Positions 1-13,151 of a DNA stretch of 64,000 bases are shown here, piece by piece. The position numbers and the translations under genes are program-made. The notes under the pieces are model-generated. The model saw only the letters and a program-made list of their open reading frames with translations. It was not told where the DNA came from and made no database searches. The stretch spans positions 143,109 to 207,108 of the forward strand of contig NMRA01000458.1 in NCBI GenBank assembly GCA_002633005.1. Reading direction: 5' to 3'. This DNA is from Phoronis australis. Lineage: Eukaryota; Animalia; Phoronida. How positions within the stretch are numbered: position 1 is the first letter of the stretch; each line of letters starts with the position of its first letter.

Positions 1-464
1 TCCAGACTTATGGTATGTGTTAATCATAACTCCATGTGTATATATGCCTGTTTCATTTGATTTTATTTCCTGTATTTTGAAATTCGTAAGTTTTTGTGGG
101 GATTTACTATGGCCCCTGTATGCCTACGGCGCATCTAGAGCGATGTCATTGACTACGCGGAATACAACTATGCGATAAGCCAACAGAGCTATCGTAGCGA
201 GCCTCGTTTTGGAACGCGCCTCCTGTCGGCGTGAATCAGGTCTATAGAAGTCTGGACACGGGCTCTTAACAATGCTACAGACTTGGGAGTTATATGGGTC
301 CTAGCAACAGACTAAGCATGACTTTTCAACTCAACTATCGTTACAAAACACCACCATTAGAGATCGATATATGTGAAAAATTGTCTATCATATATCCGGT
401 ATAGGTCTACCGCACTAAACTCTTTGGATACTTATCCTGCAACAAAACTAAAAGGGTTAAAGTT

Positions 465-3400
465 TCATTGACTTTGTGTCATTTTGTTCTGCAAAGGATC
501 GTTTCTTATTTTAACTTTTGATTTATCCCCTAGAAGCACGTGCTGCGACATGTCTGGCGAATATTTCGAAGCAGGCGGCCGCCGACCGTATTCCTCAGCT
601 AACGTGCGAAGTGAATTTGCACTGGCGCCACAACAAAGACCGATGTACTGCACCCCAAGCTGTTTAGCTTGCGCGGCAAAGTTAGCAATGTCCGCACGCG
701 ACGTAGCAACGCATGATAGGTTGACATGAAATACATTAGTGCCATCTTTGGGATCTTTTAATGTGTGGTAGCTCAGGCTGTCGTCAGTGGTGCGAAAACA
801 GACAGGAAGGCTTGCCAAAGGTCCCTGAAATTTAATTAAAAGATATCATATTAACCACTTCGTCAGCAATAAAGAATAGGTGACATACTGGTCAAAATGT
901 TGTTGACTTACAGGCGGTTGAATAGCCCATTCTCTGTCATTGATCATTGATTTTATTCGAAGAACCATTCCTTCAGCTCCAGTATGCGGAAAACGACTAT
1001 CTTAAAAAAAAAAAGAAAATATTACGAGTTTTGCTCTGACTTTCGTTATTGCTAATCTTTTTCTCTGGTATGTTTGTCGACTTGAGAACATGAAACAACA
1101 ACAGTTTCGTTTATTTTATCCTCTTTGTCACAAAAGTCTCCAAAATCGTCTGAATTACGGTACTCTGGCCTTACATATAATATTTGTTTGCACCAGCTTC
1201 TTACCGCGGAAAGGAATACTTCAGTTTATCTTTACCTTAGCGGTCTCTTCAAATTGACTGAGGGGTTTTAGCTTGTCAATCAAACTATGAACTAGACTAA
1301 AATTCTAAAATCAAGTTTTAGGTGTGATGCACGTGTATCAATGCAGGTTACCGTATGTGCGACGTGTATTTAAACACATGTACCCTCGANGGAAAAATGG
1401 TGGAGCTCTTTCTTAACTTGTATGGCTACAAAGTCATCTGTTGACTTTAAAATTGGTATAAGAGGAGCAAGCGACTGCACTTCACTCACATATTCAAGGG
1501 TTCTTAGTGTGTGTCTGCAACTTTAAAAAGTTCCCACCATGACCCTGTGTCTCAAAAAGAGATTTATTAATACATCTTCAGAGATTTAATAGCGTTTCGT
1601 ATACCTGTTGCCAAGAAACAAGCCAACATTTTTTTAAAATCATTTTTCTGTTATCGGAGTTGTACATAGGTGGAAGACCGTCTCCGCTATTGTTGTTTTA
1701 CAAGTGCGATACCGAACAGTTGAGAGGAAAGTCCGGGGAGAGCCGCCTCTTTTTTCATTTGTGGAGGCTGTAGCAACAGCAGCTTGACCGAGAACGTCTC
1801 TGTGTTCTAATTTCCTAAAGACGGTTTGTGTACCATACCAGAGTGTGCAATACCAGTGTCGGGAACATGCGATTCTGTCTGGAGCCACACTTTGTGCGGC
1901 ATATTTCAAGGAGTCGTGTTTCGACAAAGACAAAAGCGGTGTGACGGTATATGTAAGTGTATTTGCAAATTTTATAAATAACAAAGAAACTGCTTCCATT
2001 CTAGAGCGAGTGATGGAAGTCTTTCATACCCGGCCCAAGTCGAGTGCTGCGACACATAGACTTATGCATTGTAACCATTCCATCATGGCAACAGTAAACT
2101 GGAGTGACCCAGGTTTACTGTGGCCTTTGTCAGTGATTATTAAGTGTCTATTTTGCATAATAGTTGTCCAGTTCTCGCTCAAAGTCGTCATCGTTTTCTG
2201 ATCTGCCATTGCAATTGATTGTCAACTGACCATTCAAACGTCTTCCACCCATTACATCATTTGGCGGGAAACTTGAAAATAACTATTTTTTAAATTAAAA
2301 AAAATCGTGACTATTTGGCGTAAAAAGTGCTTATTTGGTTACATTTTATGGTATTCATATCCTATTAGCTAACTGAAACCTCAAAAACTAAGAAAATGCG
2401 TGGTGGGAACTCATTTAAGTTTGAATGGCAACTATTGAACAAAGTATTAACTTGCGACCGCAAATAAGATGACAACACACACAGCAGTCCCGAGAAAGTA
2501 TTGAAATCTTGTCACATCTTCCACACCTTCGTTTCGCATGTCAGAATTATAAAACCCTAGTTTCCGAAAGAGCTCATACGGTGGCTTTAATTAGTGGGGA
2601 TTCTTTCGGAAATACCGGTATATGTGAAACTTCACTGTAATTCGAGACATGCGCCTGTATGGCAAACACTTCAGTAAAACCGTAGAGCAAGCTGACTATT
2701 GACCCCTTGTGTTACAACACGGTTGTTGATGTTCTTTTAAGTTGGAGTGAACTGATTAAACTAAATGCACAAACATCAGACATATCCCTATGTCTATAAG
2801 TTTGGCGCAACCCCGTCGTCAGGTACGGCAAATAAAACGCAAACATCAGGCCGTTATCAAGTTGTCGTTTCCTTCGAAAATTGTTGTTGCCCTTCTCTTT
2901 GCAACGCTATCCTATGTCCACCAGTGACATGCGCCTATGTCCTGACCAGAACATTTGAACAAAAGTATTTTGAAAAACGCAATATTTCAGATATAGTTCA
3001 TAGTCCCAAATAAGTGCAAATGAACTGCTTTATTGTTGGACATAATCATAAATCAGCCGCGTTAGTCTAACGACGCCAGAGGCTTGTAGCAGATTTCCTG
3101 ATCAGTGCATTCCATGTTTTGCTATTTGGTTTCTATGGAATTACTGAAAAAATAATTCACGGATCACCACCGAACTTTCAGAACATGAGGGCGAATTCAT
3201 ATGCAAACCCTGTTATTTTCTGGTGAAACGGACACAAGTGGCACTGCTGTTTTAAAATCACTGGGGATTCATAGGCATGCCGTAGTTTTCGACTGCATGA
3301 CCACAAAGAGCAAACTATAACTGAATTTTGCATTACGCCTCGTAAGGACTCTACAATAAAATGCGAATTTTTTTTGAAATAGCGAATAAATCACGAAAAT

Positions 3401-6400
3401 AGGCTTGGCGATGAATTCATGACATCAGTGTGAGAATATTACCTGTTTGTTTCGACATGGAATCTTTCAGTTTAGGGTCAAATTGGTATGCACCTGTGGT
3501 AGTGCTGCGACTTGGCTGACAATGTCTAATATTAGTTAGATCTTAACGGGTCAGATTATGCACTCACAATAAAAACGTTTCTCCGATAGAAAATAATGTT
3601 CGTTTAGTAATGAGTATTTACGTACCTTATATGTCTTTCTGACACTTCGAAGAAGTTTAAGCATAGTTTCCGGTCCACGGCCACAATTAAATCCTACAAC
3701 ACTCGCCCCAGCTTCCTTTAATCTGGTAAGAGCTTCTGCGAAAGGAACGCCGTCGAATGTAGTAGTCTCCAAAGCAGTTGATAAAGTCACAACTGCTGGC
3801 AACCCTGAAACAATCGAATTAAAGTTTTAAAGTCTGAGTCTGCACGGGAATCGGTCTGCCACGGGTTAAGTGTTTTATCCTGACTAATTAGTGCCAAGGT
3901 CTACCGGTGGTAAGTCTAGGACACACATACTTTTTGTTTGCTCTGAAAATGCCAAGAATTAACTTCCGGCTGGGTAAGAAATCATCTGGGTCGTGTCGTG
4001 TGTGAGACCCACCCTAATAATAGTTCATTTAATTGCCAGGAAAATAATGCAAATTTTGGACTAAGATAGAAAAGTTTGGGCAAGTGGCACATTCATATGA
4101 GTATTCCCAATTTGCTAATTTGCTGAGAACAGTTTCATGGTGTTCCCCTAAAACGGTGTACCTCTAAATGCTTAGAGAGTTCTTTGAACACTGTAAAGAA
4201 TTTTGACTGTGCTGTCACTACCAGTCATCTACGTTAAAACATATTTGTCCTGCAAACAGCATGTTTCTTCACATTGTCGAGGTGCTTTCTGCGAAAAAAA
4301 AAATGAGTGAGTTATTTCCGTTTCACTCAAGAAGATGAGTTACAGCACAATAGTTCACAGCACTGCCCGTAGGAGCGCTAGCCTCTAGGTTTAGTTCTGA
4401 CGCCTTACTTCATCAAAAAGCTGCTCAGATTAATAACCTGATCCGCTTTAATGAGATTAACGCACTTCATTTTTGCCTCATCGTCATATTTTCAACTCAT
4501 TAAGGGGATGATGATTTATTTTTGGCAACTTAAATCGTATGATAAAGATGTAGGCGCTGGATAAAATGGCGAAACTTGGAGCACCGCCGATAGTGAACTT
4601 CACTTCAGTGATGATAGCCAACGCTTGCTAGTATGAGCGACGAGCAGGTGAGGTCGTAGAAAGTGACCACCGTCTCCAGCTGGCCACAGCAGAGACTATT
4701 TTTACCACGCCCCCTAGGACCGCACGCAGTGTTAAAAATGGCCAGTTGCCGATTTGGGCAACTGAACGAAGGGCTGCTCGAAGAAAAAGTTTGATTACGG
4801 GAGTGCTTGTTCGAGTTGGAAGGAATTAAAGACATCAACGGCCTCCTAAGGTGTACCTCTATGCACAAAAGGTCTTATAACGACATGACTGACTTTTTAA
4901 TCAGTGTGAGGCATAATTCGCTTAAAAGTTTCCGACGTATGAACCTCCTATAGGAGCTTGACCGTCTCTACTGGGGCCACCTATAAACGGTGGTCACTGT
5001 CTAGCGAGGTCGATGCTCAAATTACTAAACCGCTTACAGGTTACGACCCCAAAACATTTAATGTCTTTTGATGGCTTAAACTGTTTTACGGGAATTGGAT
5101 AAGGCTAATAAAAGTCAGACAAATCTGCCAACAGCTCTAAGTCAAAAGACAGGCATCTGTAGGCTGTTCGATAGGAGATACATACCAAGAATCAACTTTG
5201 GGTTATAACCTCTTCGAAAAAGAGGCTCCCGAAGAAAACGTCGTCAAAGGCAATGAAGAAGGCAAGACAGCAAGAAAGAATTGGGTTGATCTATGGCAAC
5301 ACAGGAGTGTACTGCAAACGATTCATGTGACTGCATTTAATGCGGTATCTGTTTACGAATCGTGTCATCGTTCGCTAGTCCCTTGGAGAATGCAGTGTAT
5401 TTATGAAATAACCCCTACCATTTCCATATTTCTTGATCGTTTCTAATCCGATCATAGCCTCGCCAAAGTTTGATATAGTCTCCAAAACAATGTAGTCAGC
5501 ATTCGCTTGCACAATCCATTCAATTTGCTCCTGAAAGCAACACAAACCATGACATTGTTTAAGGTTACATTGAATTTGTAAATACTTCATTTAGCGTTAA
5601 TTTACACATTTCAGAGACTTATTAGAGGGGTTGAATATTAATATCCATACTGTCACTTTTATTCGTTCATTCACTATATCCTGAATGTTGAACAATGTTA
5701 CACTGCCGACAATGAGGGCCCTCATGGAAATTAGAAAGAACTGATGAGCTACCCTTATTGTAAATATTACATTAATAAAAATAAACTTTTCTAGGTTACC
5801 AGTTCATTTTCGTTTTATGCAATTTTTGAGTTTTCTTCATGAAAATGACAAAAGCCCTATTAGTTGAGAGTCCCCCCAGCAAAAGTTACACAGTTGAAAA
5901 ACAATTATTAAAAGCGCATAACGCATATTATTTGAAAAATTCATGTGAATACGTTCGCCTTTTTTGAGACGTTCTAAGATCCTACATAACCTTAACATGC
6001 TGAAAAAAAAATTTGTTGGGGGTGTCCCCCAAACCACTTTGGGATACTTCGATTTCCATGAGTCTTGCCGGCCGGATACCCACATTCCGTCATTTATGCA
6101 CATGCCCTGCGCAATCGCCGAATCGGAATATGCAATAAAAAAATTCAGCATGTAGAAAGCTGTCGTGTTGGAGATGACTCAATGTGTAAAAAAATCATCA
6201 ATTTTTGATTTACGTGTTTATATGTCTTTCAAAATAGACTAAAAGAGGCCTGGAAAGAGAAAAACAGACTAAATTGCGTTATTCAGAGTAGTACTCTGCC
6301 TCTGAAACAGAATTCAACCTGCTCACCAAGTATTTTCACGGTTTGTTCGTAAAGATTTTGAATTTCTATTGATGTCAAAGCATCTTTCTTTCTGTTCCAA

Positions 6401-9400
6401 ACTTCAAAAAAAACGATCTGTCAACTGCTGTCACATCCAGTCGTCGCTTTTTCTCCAACAAGGTAAAGCATGTCTTCTTACTTGGTATGGCAAGACACAA
6501 GGCGTTCCCCTTACGAGGGAAATGTGACCTTTAATCTTTGGTGTATATAAAACAATGGCACTCCCATTAAGAGGCTAACTGTTTAAATTAGTTACAAAGG
6601 TATCGTATTCAGGGGCAGATACAGCCGGGATTTTGAGTCGGGGGGGGGGGGGGGGGNAGAGTTGAGTACTAGCCAGGATTTTGCCCGTCAGACATTCGGA
6701 CCCCCGTACATGTAATATAAGAGAATTTTAGGGGGGAGGGCATGGCCCCCTTGCCTCCCCCCCCCTTAAATCCGCCTTTGGTAGTATTCAAATATATTTT
6801 AAAATGCACTTGGAATTATTTATTTTTGGAAAATTGCTTGCTTCACTGGCTTGTCTCAAAGTGTGCTGTCGACCACAGATTCAGAGTTCATTACACATGA
6901 TAATCTGCCGTTAATATTCGTCTTGTCAATCAGGTCTTTGTGGAATGACTGTGAGCGCTTGCGCGCATTTTTCTATTGAAGTGGGAGGGAGATTAGAAAC
7001 TCTAGTAACTCCGTTTTCCCGGTGTGCGTATTTCAAAAACCGGCGGTGAATTGTGTGATAAATTCCCAGAAATTCCATCACGGGGGAAATAAATAACTCT
7101 GTTCTAGACGTTGCGAGATGGTACTTTCGTCAGGAATTGGTTAAAGGATATTTTGACAGCTTTCACGTTCCCTGTCTCTTTAAAGTAGTGGTACATTTCC
7201 AGGAGAATCCCTGGTCTAATTCAAAGCATGGCGTTCAACTTCGGCTTTTTAAGAGATATATACCCAAGTAAATTGTACAACCTTAAACATTGCTTCACAT
7301 TTTGCATGCGTTTCCGTGTCTTTGGGGTCATAAACGTTTGTATTGCACAAATCTCCCGCCATGAGTGTCCCCGTTTCATCTGCCACCTGGCGAGCGATCT
7401 TTAAAGCTTGCACGTTCAGCTTCTCAAGTTCATCTTCCTTACCGACCGTTTGCATTTTTTCCCGATGAGCATAGTACTAAATAAAAATCACAAAAGAGAA
7501 CACTATACTAATAACGAGAGTGATATCATTTATTAGGTAACTCGTACGCTAACACTATTTGCACGCAAGTGGACGAGAATGCGTGCATTGTTCAACGCAC
7601 ATTCTCCTGTTAAGTTCTTGGCACATCACAGGCTTGATGGCCCATCAAAGAATTTGGTGGTCTGGTTGCTCTTCATGGGCTTGTATTGGATGATATAATT
7701 GCTGGCGTAACAACGCGCCTATTAAACGTACGAGTTTCAAAGTAAAAAGGAACAATAAGTGAGGCAAACGACCAACATGAGTGTATTTAAAAATGAACAG
7801 TAAATATTATCCGTCTTCGAAATTTCAAAGTCGTTGCATTCTTAGAGAAAGTATCGAAAATGTTTTCTTCAGCATCGCGATATATATTGAGCATCGCGGC
7901 TGAACCACATACATTAATTAACTTTTATGAAAGGACGGTTTAGTCACAGCCTGGCTTAGGCGCGCTCATAGCGTTGGGGTGACAAAAGGTCAAATGTTAG
8001 CGCACCAGTTGCCTCTTGTCAGGAAGAAAACACATTTCCATATTGTAATCGCTGCTTATAGGCAGCTTTTGAATCATTCTTTCAAAGATATTGGAACAAG
8101 GTTCTGTTTTGAATGACTGAAAGTCGCTGATACATTATAAGAATCACTTAACGAAATACAATTAGCTAAAACTGATATTCTGGCCCACTATTAAAATTGT
8201 TCCCATAGTCCCCATCGAGAACTTTTCCTCTTGTTTTCCAAGTTTTTAGGTGTTCACAATCAAAAATCTTATTACGAGTAGGTGAAAGAATGAGTTTCAT
8301 TACTCAAATGCTTAGTTCCTAGTGTTTGGAACTGCCGGAGCTTAAATCAGTCACATGGCACCACATGAAACTGTAAATTACACCAATGGAAAGATCGCGC
8401 AGAGTGTAAAAATTCTTTCATCATTGGGGGCTTACTGTAAAAGCTAGTACTACGTCACTTCCAGCGTGAACAAACTCCTCATGCATGATCTTCACGAGAT
8501 CTGGTCTGTCCAACACAACTTCCGGAACGAAAGCACCGGCTTTAAGGTAGCCGCGTCTTTCGAATTCATACTGGTAGCCTTCACCAATTACAATGTTTTC
8601 GCCGCTTTCAATTCTTGCCACGAGACCTAAAATGTTAAAAAATATGTAGAAACAAATCAAAGCCACCGATGTCACCATCACCGACTGGATTCAATTTTCT
8701 AGTCTCAAGCCAGTGGAGTAATTTACTCCTTCTTACAGTACCTAGCACACGAGTTCGCTGTGGTAAGCGAAATAAGATTCGAAAAGAATCCACTACTTTT
8801 TTGAAGAGTCTCTGCGGGATATTTTGGACGCAAAATCGAAAAACTGAGGCTTCCGAAAAGGGGTCTTTCGAAAATCTGCTGAACTGATTTGCAGTCCAGG
8901 CCAGATACCCTCATTAGTGAGCCGATACTACGAGGATACACGTGAGTTGGTTGCACTAACCAAAAATTTTGTCACTCAATGATATACCATTATCATTGTT
9001 TAAAGAAAATACCTTGAAGCGCTCATGATAGAAAATAAAAGGCGAAAGAGGAAAAGTTATTAACTACAAGGTGGTTGGGTAGTTTTGACCTTTGAACTCT
9101 GGTTTGGCCATTAGTTTGATTTCGTATCAATAAAATAACGTCAGAGATGGACTCCGCGTCATATTAAATGTCAGGCTTGCCTTGCCCTGTAAGCCATGGA
9201 ATTGAAAATATGATAATGTATCCCATCCCAATTCAAGATGGCAGATGCCCCTTAGTTCATATGAAAAAAGTTCAAAAGGTCGCTCAAAGTGCAGCCAAAC
9301 TAACATTGTTTTCGTGATAATGTTTAATATTTTTCAAAACAAGAACCTTACAGTAATCAAAATTGCAGTGTTCTCTTACTATGGGGGTATTGGAGCAACA

Positions 9401-10953
9401 ATTAGGAAATAAATAGGGGTCGTTTCATGTAAGTCCTATTTATTTTCAATGAAATAAGGACTAAATTTCCAAATGTATTATTAGATTCTGCCATTTAATT
9501 AAATGAGCAGCTCACAATCATGATAAAGCGATAGAAAAAAATTACAAACATTTATGAATAAACAGGGACACAAATGTGCAAAAAATTAAGAGAACTGCAT
9601 TGAGTCCCTATGGCTGTTTCGTGCAACCGGTCACAGATTCCGGGATCAGAACTCATTCGGAGATAATACGATTCTTATACTTCACAAATTTCGTTAAAGC
9701 GATACCTTGAGGACGGACTTCATCGCCGGTCGGCTATAGTGCGCACTCTGACGTGCCAGGCCTTTTTTCTGTGCATGGCAAAATCGTATAATCGTGGCAA
9801 CTAATTTGTTAGCCTTTTTTCGTAGTCGCATCCGATCTAGGAAAACGTCAGGTATTTTCGTTAGAGAAAATAACAGTACACGAGTCCACGGTTTCGAGTT
9901 GAGCATCATTAATAGCTGGCCAATTGTGAAATAGGCTAAAAAGAGCTTTTGCCGAATACCTTCATGGCATCAGTATGTGGACGCTAAGGGGTTGTTGCCG
10001 GGATACACAAAGTTTCCGAGATTATCAAAAGCCCGAGAGAACGAGAAAGTTCCACTAAAAAGACGCGAATGCACAATTCATAGCTCTGAACGCCTGGTAC
10101 CAGTTTTTTTCTTTTAATCCCTCGTTATTTTGTTAGTAAAAGGTCCACATTGTCAAAAATTCGAGCCCCCCTAAATTTTAGGATGGGTGCACGCATGCAT
10201 GTGAAGGTAGAGTTTTATGCCTCGACTGGATTTCCGGACTTTCGGCTGATCAACCGATGCAGGGGAGATTGGGCAGTAATGATAGTTTAGGCTTTGAATT
10301 GAAACAATTTAAAGGTTTGTATTTTAGTTACTTGTATCGAGGGCTAACAAACAGCTAGGGTGGACTTCGGAAAAACGTGACCCACCTTGTGAATTAAGTA
10401 TCGGCATTTCACAAAGCGTTTGAAAATTTCAGCATGCGAGTGCTCTCAGGAAGAAAATATGGTGGGTATGGCGTAGTTACAACCTGTTAACGACCCACGA
10501 TCCGAGTTTCGGTTTAAACAACCGCTATATACTCATTGGCCCTTACTCTCCTCTCCACTTACACGGGAAAGGCACGTGAATTGGTTTGTTTACTCCACCA
10601 AGGAGTGTAGTAGTCCTTGACGCCACCAAAATTAAATAATATTCACTGGTGGTCGTAAGCGTGGCCTGCCTCCCGGGCAGAATGGAGGACCTCGCTAAAG
10701 AGCAAGACTTCGCGAGATTACGTGAGATATTGCCGTACATTTTAAATAAGAACACTCGACTTTGACTAGGTTTTAGCTAGGCCTAGTTAGGTCCTAGCGT
10801 CTATACTGAACACACGCCTGGTATTAGTAAATCGTACGTCTTGGGTCAAACCTATGAAAGCGTTGGATGAATGGAGTTCCGCACATAAAATTTGCATTCG
10901 TGTGCAATTCAACAGACTGTAAGCACTAATATGCACTAACCTTTAGAGGCCAT
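465..10953 (-). CDS. BHMT: Betaine-homocysteine S-methyltransferase-like (homocysteine S-methyltransferase family), 6 coding exons, 349 aa
   Basis: Exons (minus): 10941-10953 (MASK G|), 8436-8626, 7282-7476, 5419-5530, 3626-3804, 465-824. All introns are GT-AG, phases are consistent and the total is 1050 nt. Motifs: [55 protein letters not shown], and Zn ligands GFNC and YIGLCCG. The 13-nt first exon is the least certain part. Confidence 0.93.
1523..2418. mobile_element. Non-autonomous TIR element with TTAA ends (Kolobok/piggyBac-like), BHMT intron
   Basis: TTAAAAAGTTCCCACCA at 1523 and inverted TGGTGGGAACTCATTTAA at 2401-2418. Internal E2F-type TTGGCGGGAAA at 2261. No transposase motif in its short ORFs. 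Confidence 0.5.
5714..5785 (+). mobile_element. LINE/SINE-type 3' tail stem-loop
   Basis: GAGGGCCCTCATGGAAA..CTGATGAGCTACCCT..AATAAA; a related inverted copy is at 19921-20004. Confidence 0.45.
6610..6780. mobile_element. MITE (CAG..TG ends, poly-G/poly-C subtermini), hAT-like
   Basis: TIRs CAGGGGCAGAT / ATCCGCCTTTG; flanks GTATT / GTAGT (4/5 match). Confidence 0.6.
10025..10197 (+). mobile_element. Truncated copy of the 15864-16133 MITE family
   Basis: Shares CCACTAAAAAG..., AAAGGTCCAC(A/T)TTGTCA and the terminus TGGGTGCACGCATG. Confidence 0.55.
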
Positions 10954-11022
10954 TTCAATACAGGCACGCCGTCGACAAAGCCGAGACACTGAGTCGTTAT
11001 GACACGAGTCGGAAGCCGGCCG

Positions 11023-11064
11023 GGGTCAGCTACCTGGGGTCAAGTCGATATCTCTCACAGGTCA
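11023..11064. promoter_or_regulatory. Cluster of RGGTCA nuclear-receptor half-sites upstream of BHMT ATG
   Basis: GGGTCA 11023-11028, GGGTCA 11037-11042 and AGGTCA 11059-11064, same orientation, 70-110 nt upstream of the start codon. Confidence 0.35.
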
Positions 11065-12904
11065 GCAGACAAGTTACTTTGTGAGCCAACACTTAGCGTG
11101 GTCGAGGCGTTATCGCCATCAGCGTGTGCTTAAGAGATAACTGTCATGTATATACTAACACGAACAGTCCGAAAAGTGAACTATCCGAAGAAAGCTCAGG
11201 CCCGTAGCCAGCATTGCGCAGGGTGTGGTTCGAATTTCTTGAACGGTGGAACTTAGATACTTTGCAAACGTCGACACTGTGGAGTTTTCATTAGGGCCCT
11301 CAGTTGACGCAGCTTAATCAGGGAGAAGGGAAATTTGTATACACAACGATGTCTCTCAACATATGTTTTTGAGATGAGACGGTACAGAGATGAGGATGCC
11401 GTGACGGCTCGCCGGTTCCCCGCGTGCCACTAGGTGGTAGCTAGTATCGCAGGTAGCAGGCAGTAGCACTGACGCGCTTTATCACTGGTTTATGTAACCA
11501 CGACAGTCATTGGTTAGCTTTACAACAAAGTGAGAAAATGGCGGATTATGGACGATTTTTAGCCTTGTCCATGCAAGTGGCGTAGCAGCAACTATTTTGT
11601 TTCTGCAGTAGGCCTAATGTTTAATAGGCCGCGTGCTCAGAAGCACATATATATACATGTACAATAAGCACGCCATCATCTGGTCGATTTAACTAGTGTG
11701 TTATTCATACTGTATAAATACAGGACAGTAGGCCTAACGTAAACAAAAGTCAGCGACATTACTTTATGCAATCCGAAAGGCGCAACCACAATTTTCTGGG
11801 ATTCACATTTCTTGAACATAAATTTTAAGCACCCAATTTGTCTGTACAACAGACCACATTTACACTTCCTCCACCAGTCATGTCAGTTTGTTTGGGTAAA
11901 GTCCTGCTTGTTGAGAAATCGACCAGCCAATCAGAAACGAGGGTGTAAAAAAATCCCGAGGAAAATTAAGTGATCATAAGAGGCTTGCTGGCTACCCGGC
12001 ACTCAGCGTCACGCAGGGAAGCAGCGAGGCCGTGACGGTTGCTCGCAAAAAATGGAACTCATTTCGGATGTAATGTGGTCCAAAACGTTCTCCTCGTTAC
12101 TTTTTGCCAAATTTTCAAAACAGGCGTGATTAAATGAGTGATTACCACTTCTCGGTCAGAAATATTTAGTCGGAGATTAACCGTTAAACTTTTTATCTAG
12201 TTATATTTTTTCCGTGTTAACGTTATTGCATTTTAAAAAATTTGGAGTGGGAACATTCAATGAATTATCAACCACGATATATTCATCCAATCCATGTCAA
12301 GGTCGCATCATTTCAAAGCGCGACTGAAAAGTTTAGGGCCCGGCTGCTCCTGAACCTCACCCACCTGAACCACGCACAGGCGGGTCGAAATCAAATGTAG
12401 TTAGCAGGCTACCCAGTCCCTGCCAGTCTTCACATGAACCCCATTCAGTCTTCTTAAATTTAAAACCGTTGGTCGCCGCAGCCCGTACCCGTACTCCAGA
12501 TGTTGCCCCTACTGAATTGAGAATGAGTCGTTAATTAGATTCAAGTATCACGATTGGCAGTGATTGGAACCGATCTCAACAATGAAATCAATGTATTAAG
12601 GACTTTTTAGTCAAGTTTTTGCACACCATTTTAAATGGTTACTAAATGGACACAAATACAAGAATTTATTCACGTTTGTTACGACTCATTAGCAGACAGT
12701 CAGAGCAATGAACTGCTTGGCTCAGTGGTTTGAGGCCTGGACAACTGTTTGAGAGAAACCAGAGTAAAAAAATAACTGTCGGAGTCCTGGTTCTGGAATT
12801 GTGGACATTCGAAATAATCAATGAACTTTCGAAGGTGGCAAACCTTCGGAGTAGTGCCGGACCTTCGGAGTAGCAAACTTCGGAATTGTGGCATCTAACC
12901 TTGG

Positions 12905-13151
12905 CAGTGGCAGATCTACGTTTTCAGTAAGGGGTGGGGGGTAGGATTCGCCCGAATCTGAGGCGCGTAGCGCCGAGCGTAGGGAAGGTCGGGAGGGGCT
13001 TTCCCCTCTTGTGTAAGATTTTGTTTGGTTTTTAGTAGCTGATTTTGTTTTCCTGGTGACATTTTTTTAATTTTTATTTTTGATCCTGTCCCGAGGGAAG
13101 CGTTTGAACACCCCTCCCCCCTGAACACCCCTCCGCAGAGACCTACCTCTG
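12905..13151. mobile_element. MITE with 5-bp TSD (hAT5-like)
   Basis: Ends CAGTGGCAGATCT / AGACCTACCTCTG, flanked on both sides by CTTGG. Confidence 0.6.

Noticed and set aside
1640-2209. Transposase or nested gene from overlapping 117-119 aa ORFs
   Set aside because: No THAP, DDE or other recognisable motif; inside a TIR-bounded relic.
6639-6657. Poly-G runs with N (also near 15894)
   Set aside because: MITE subterminal homopolymers with sequencing ambiguity.
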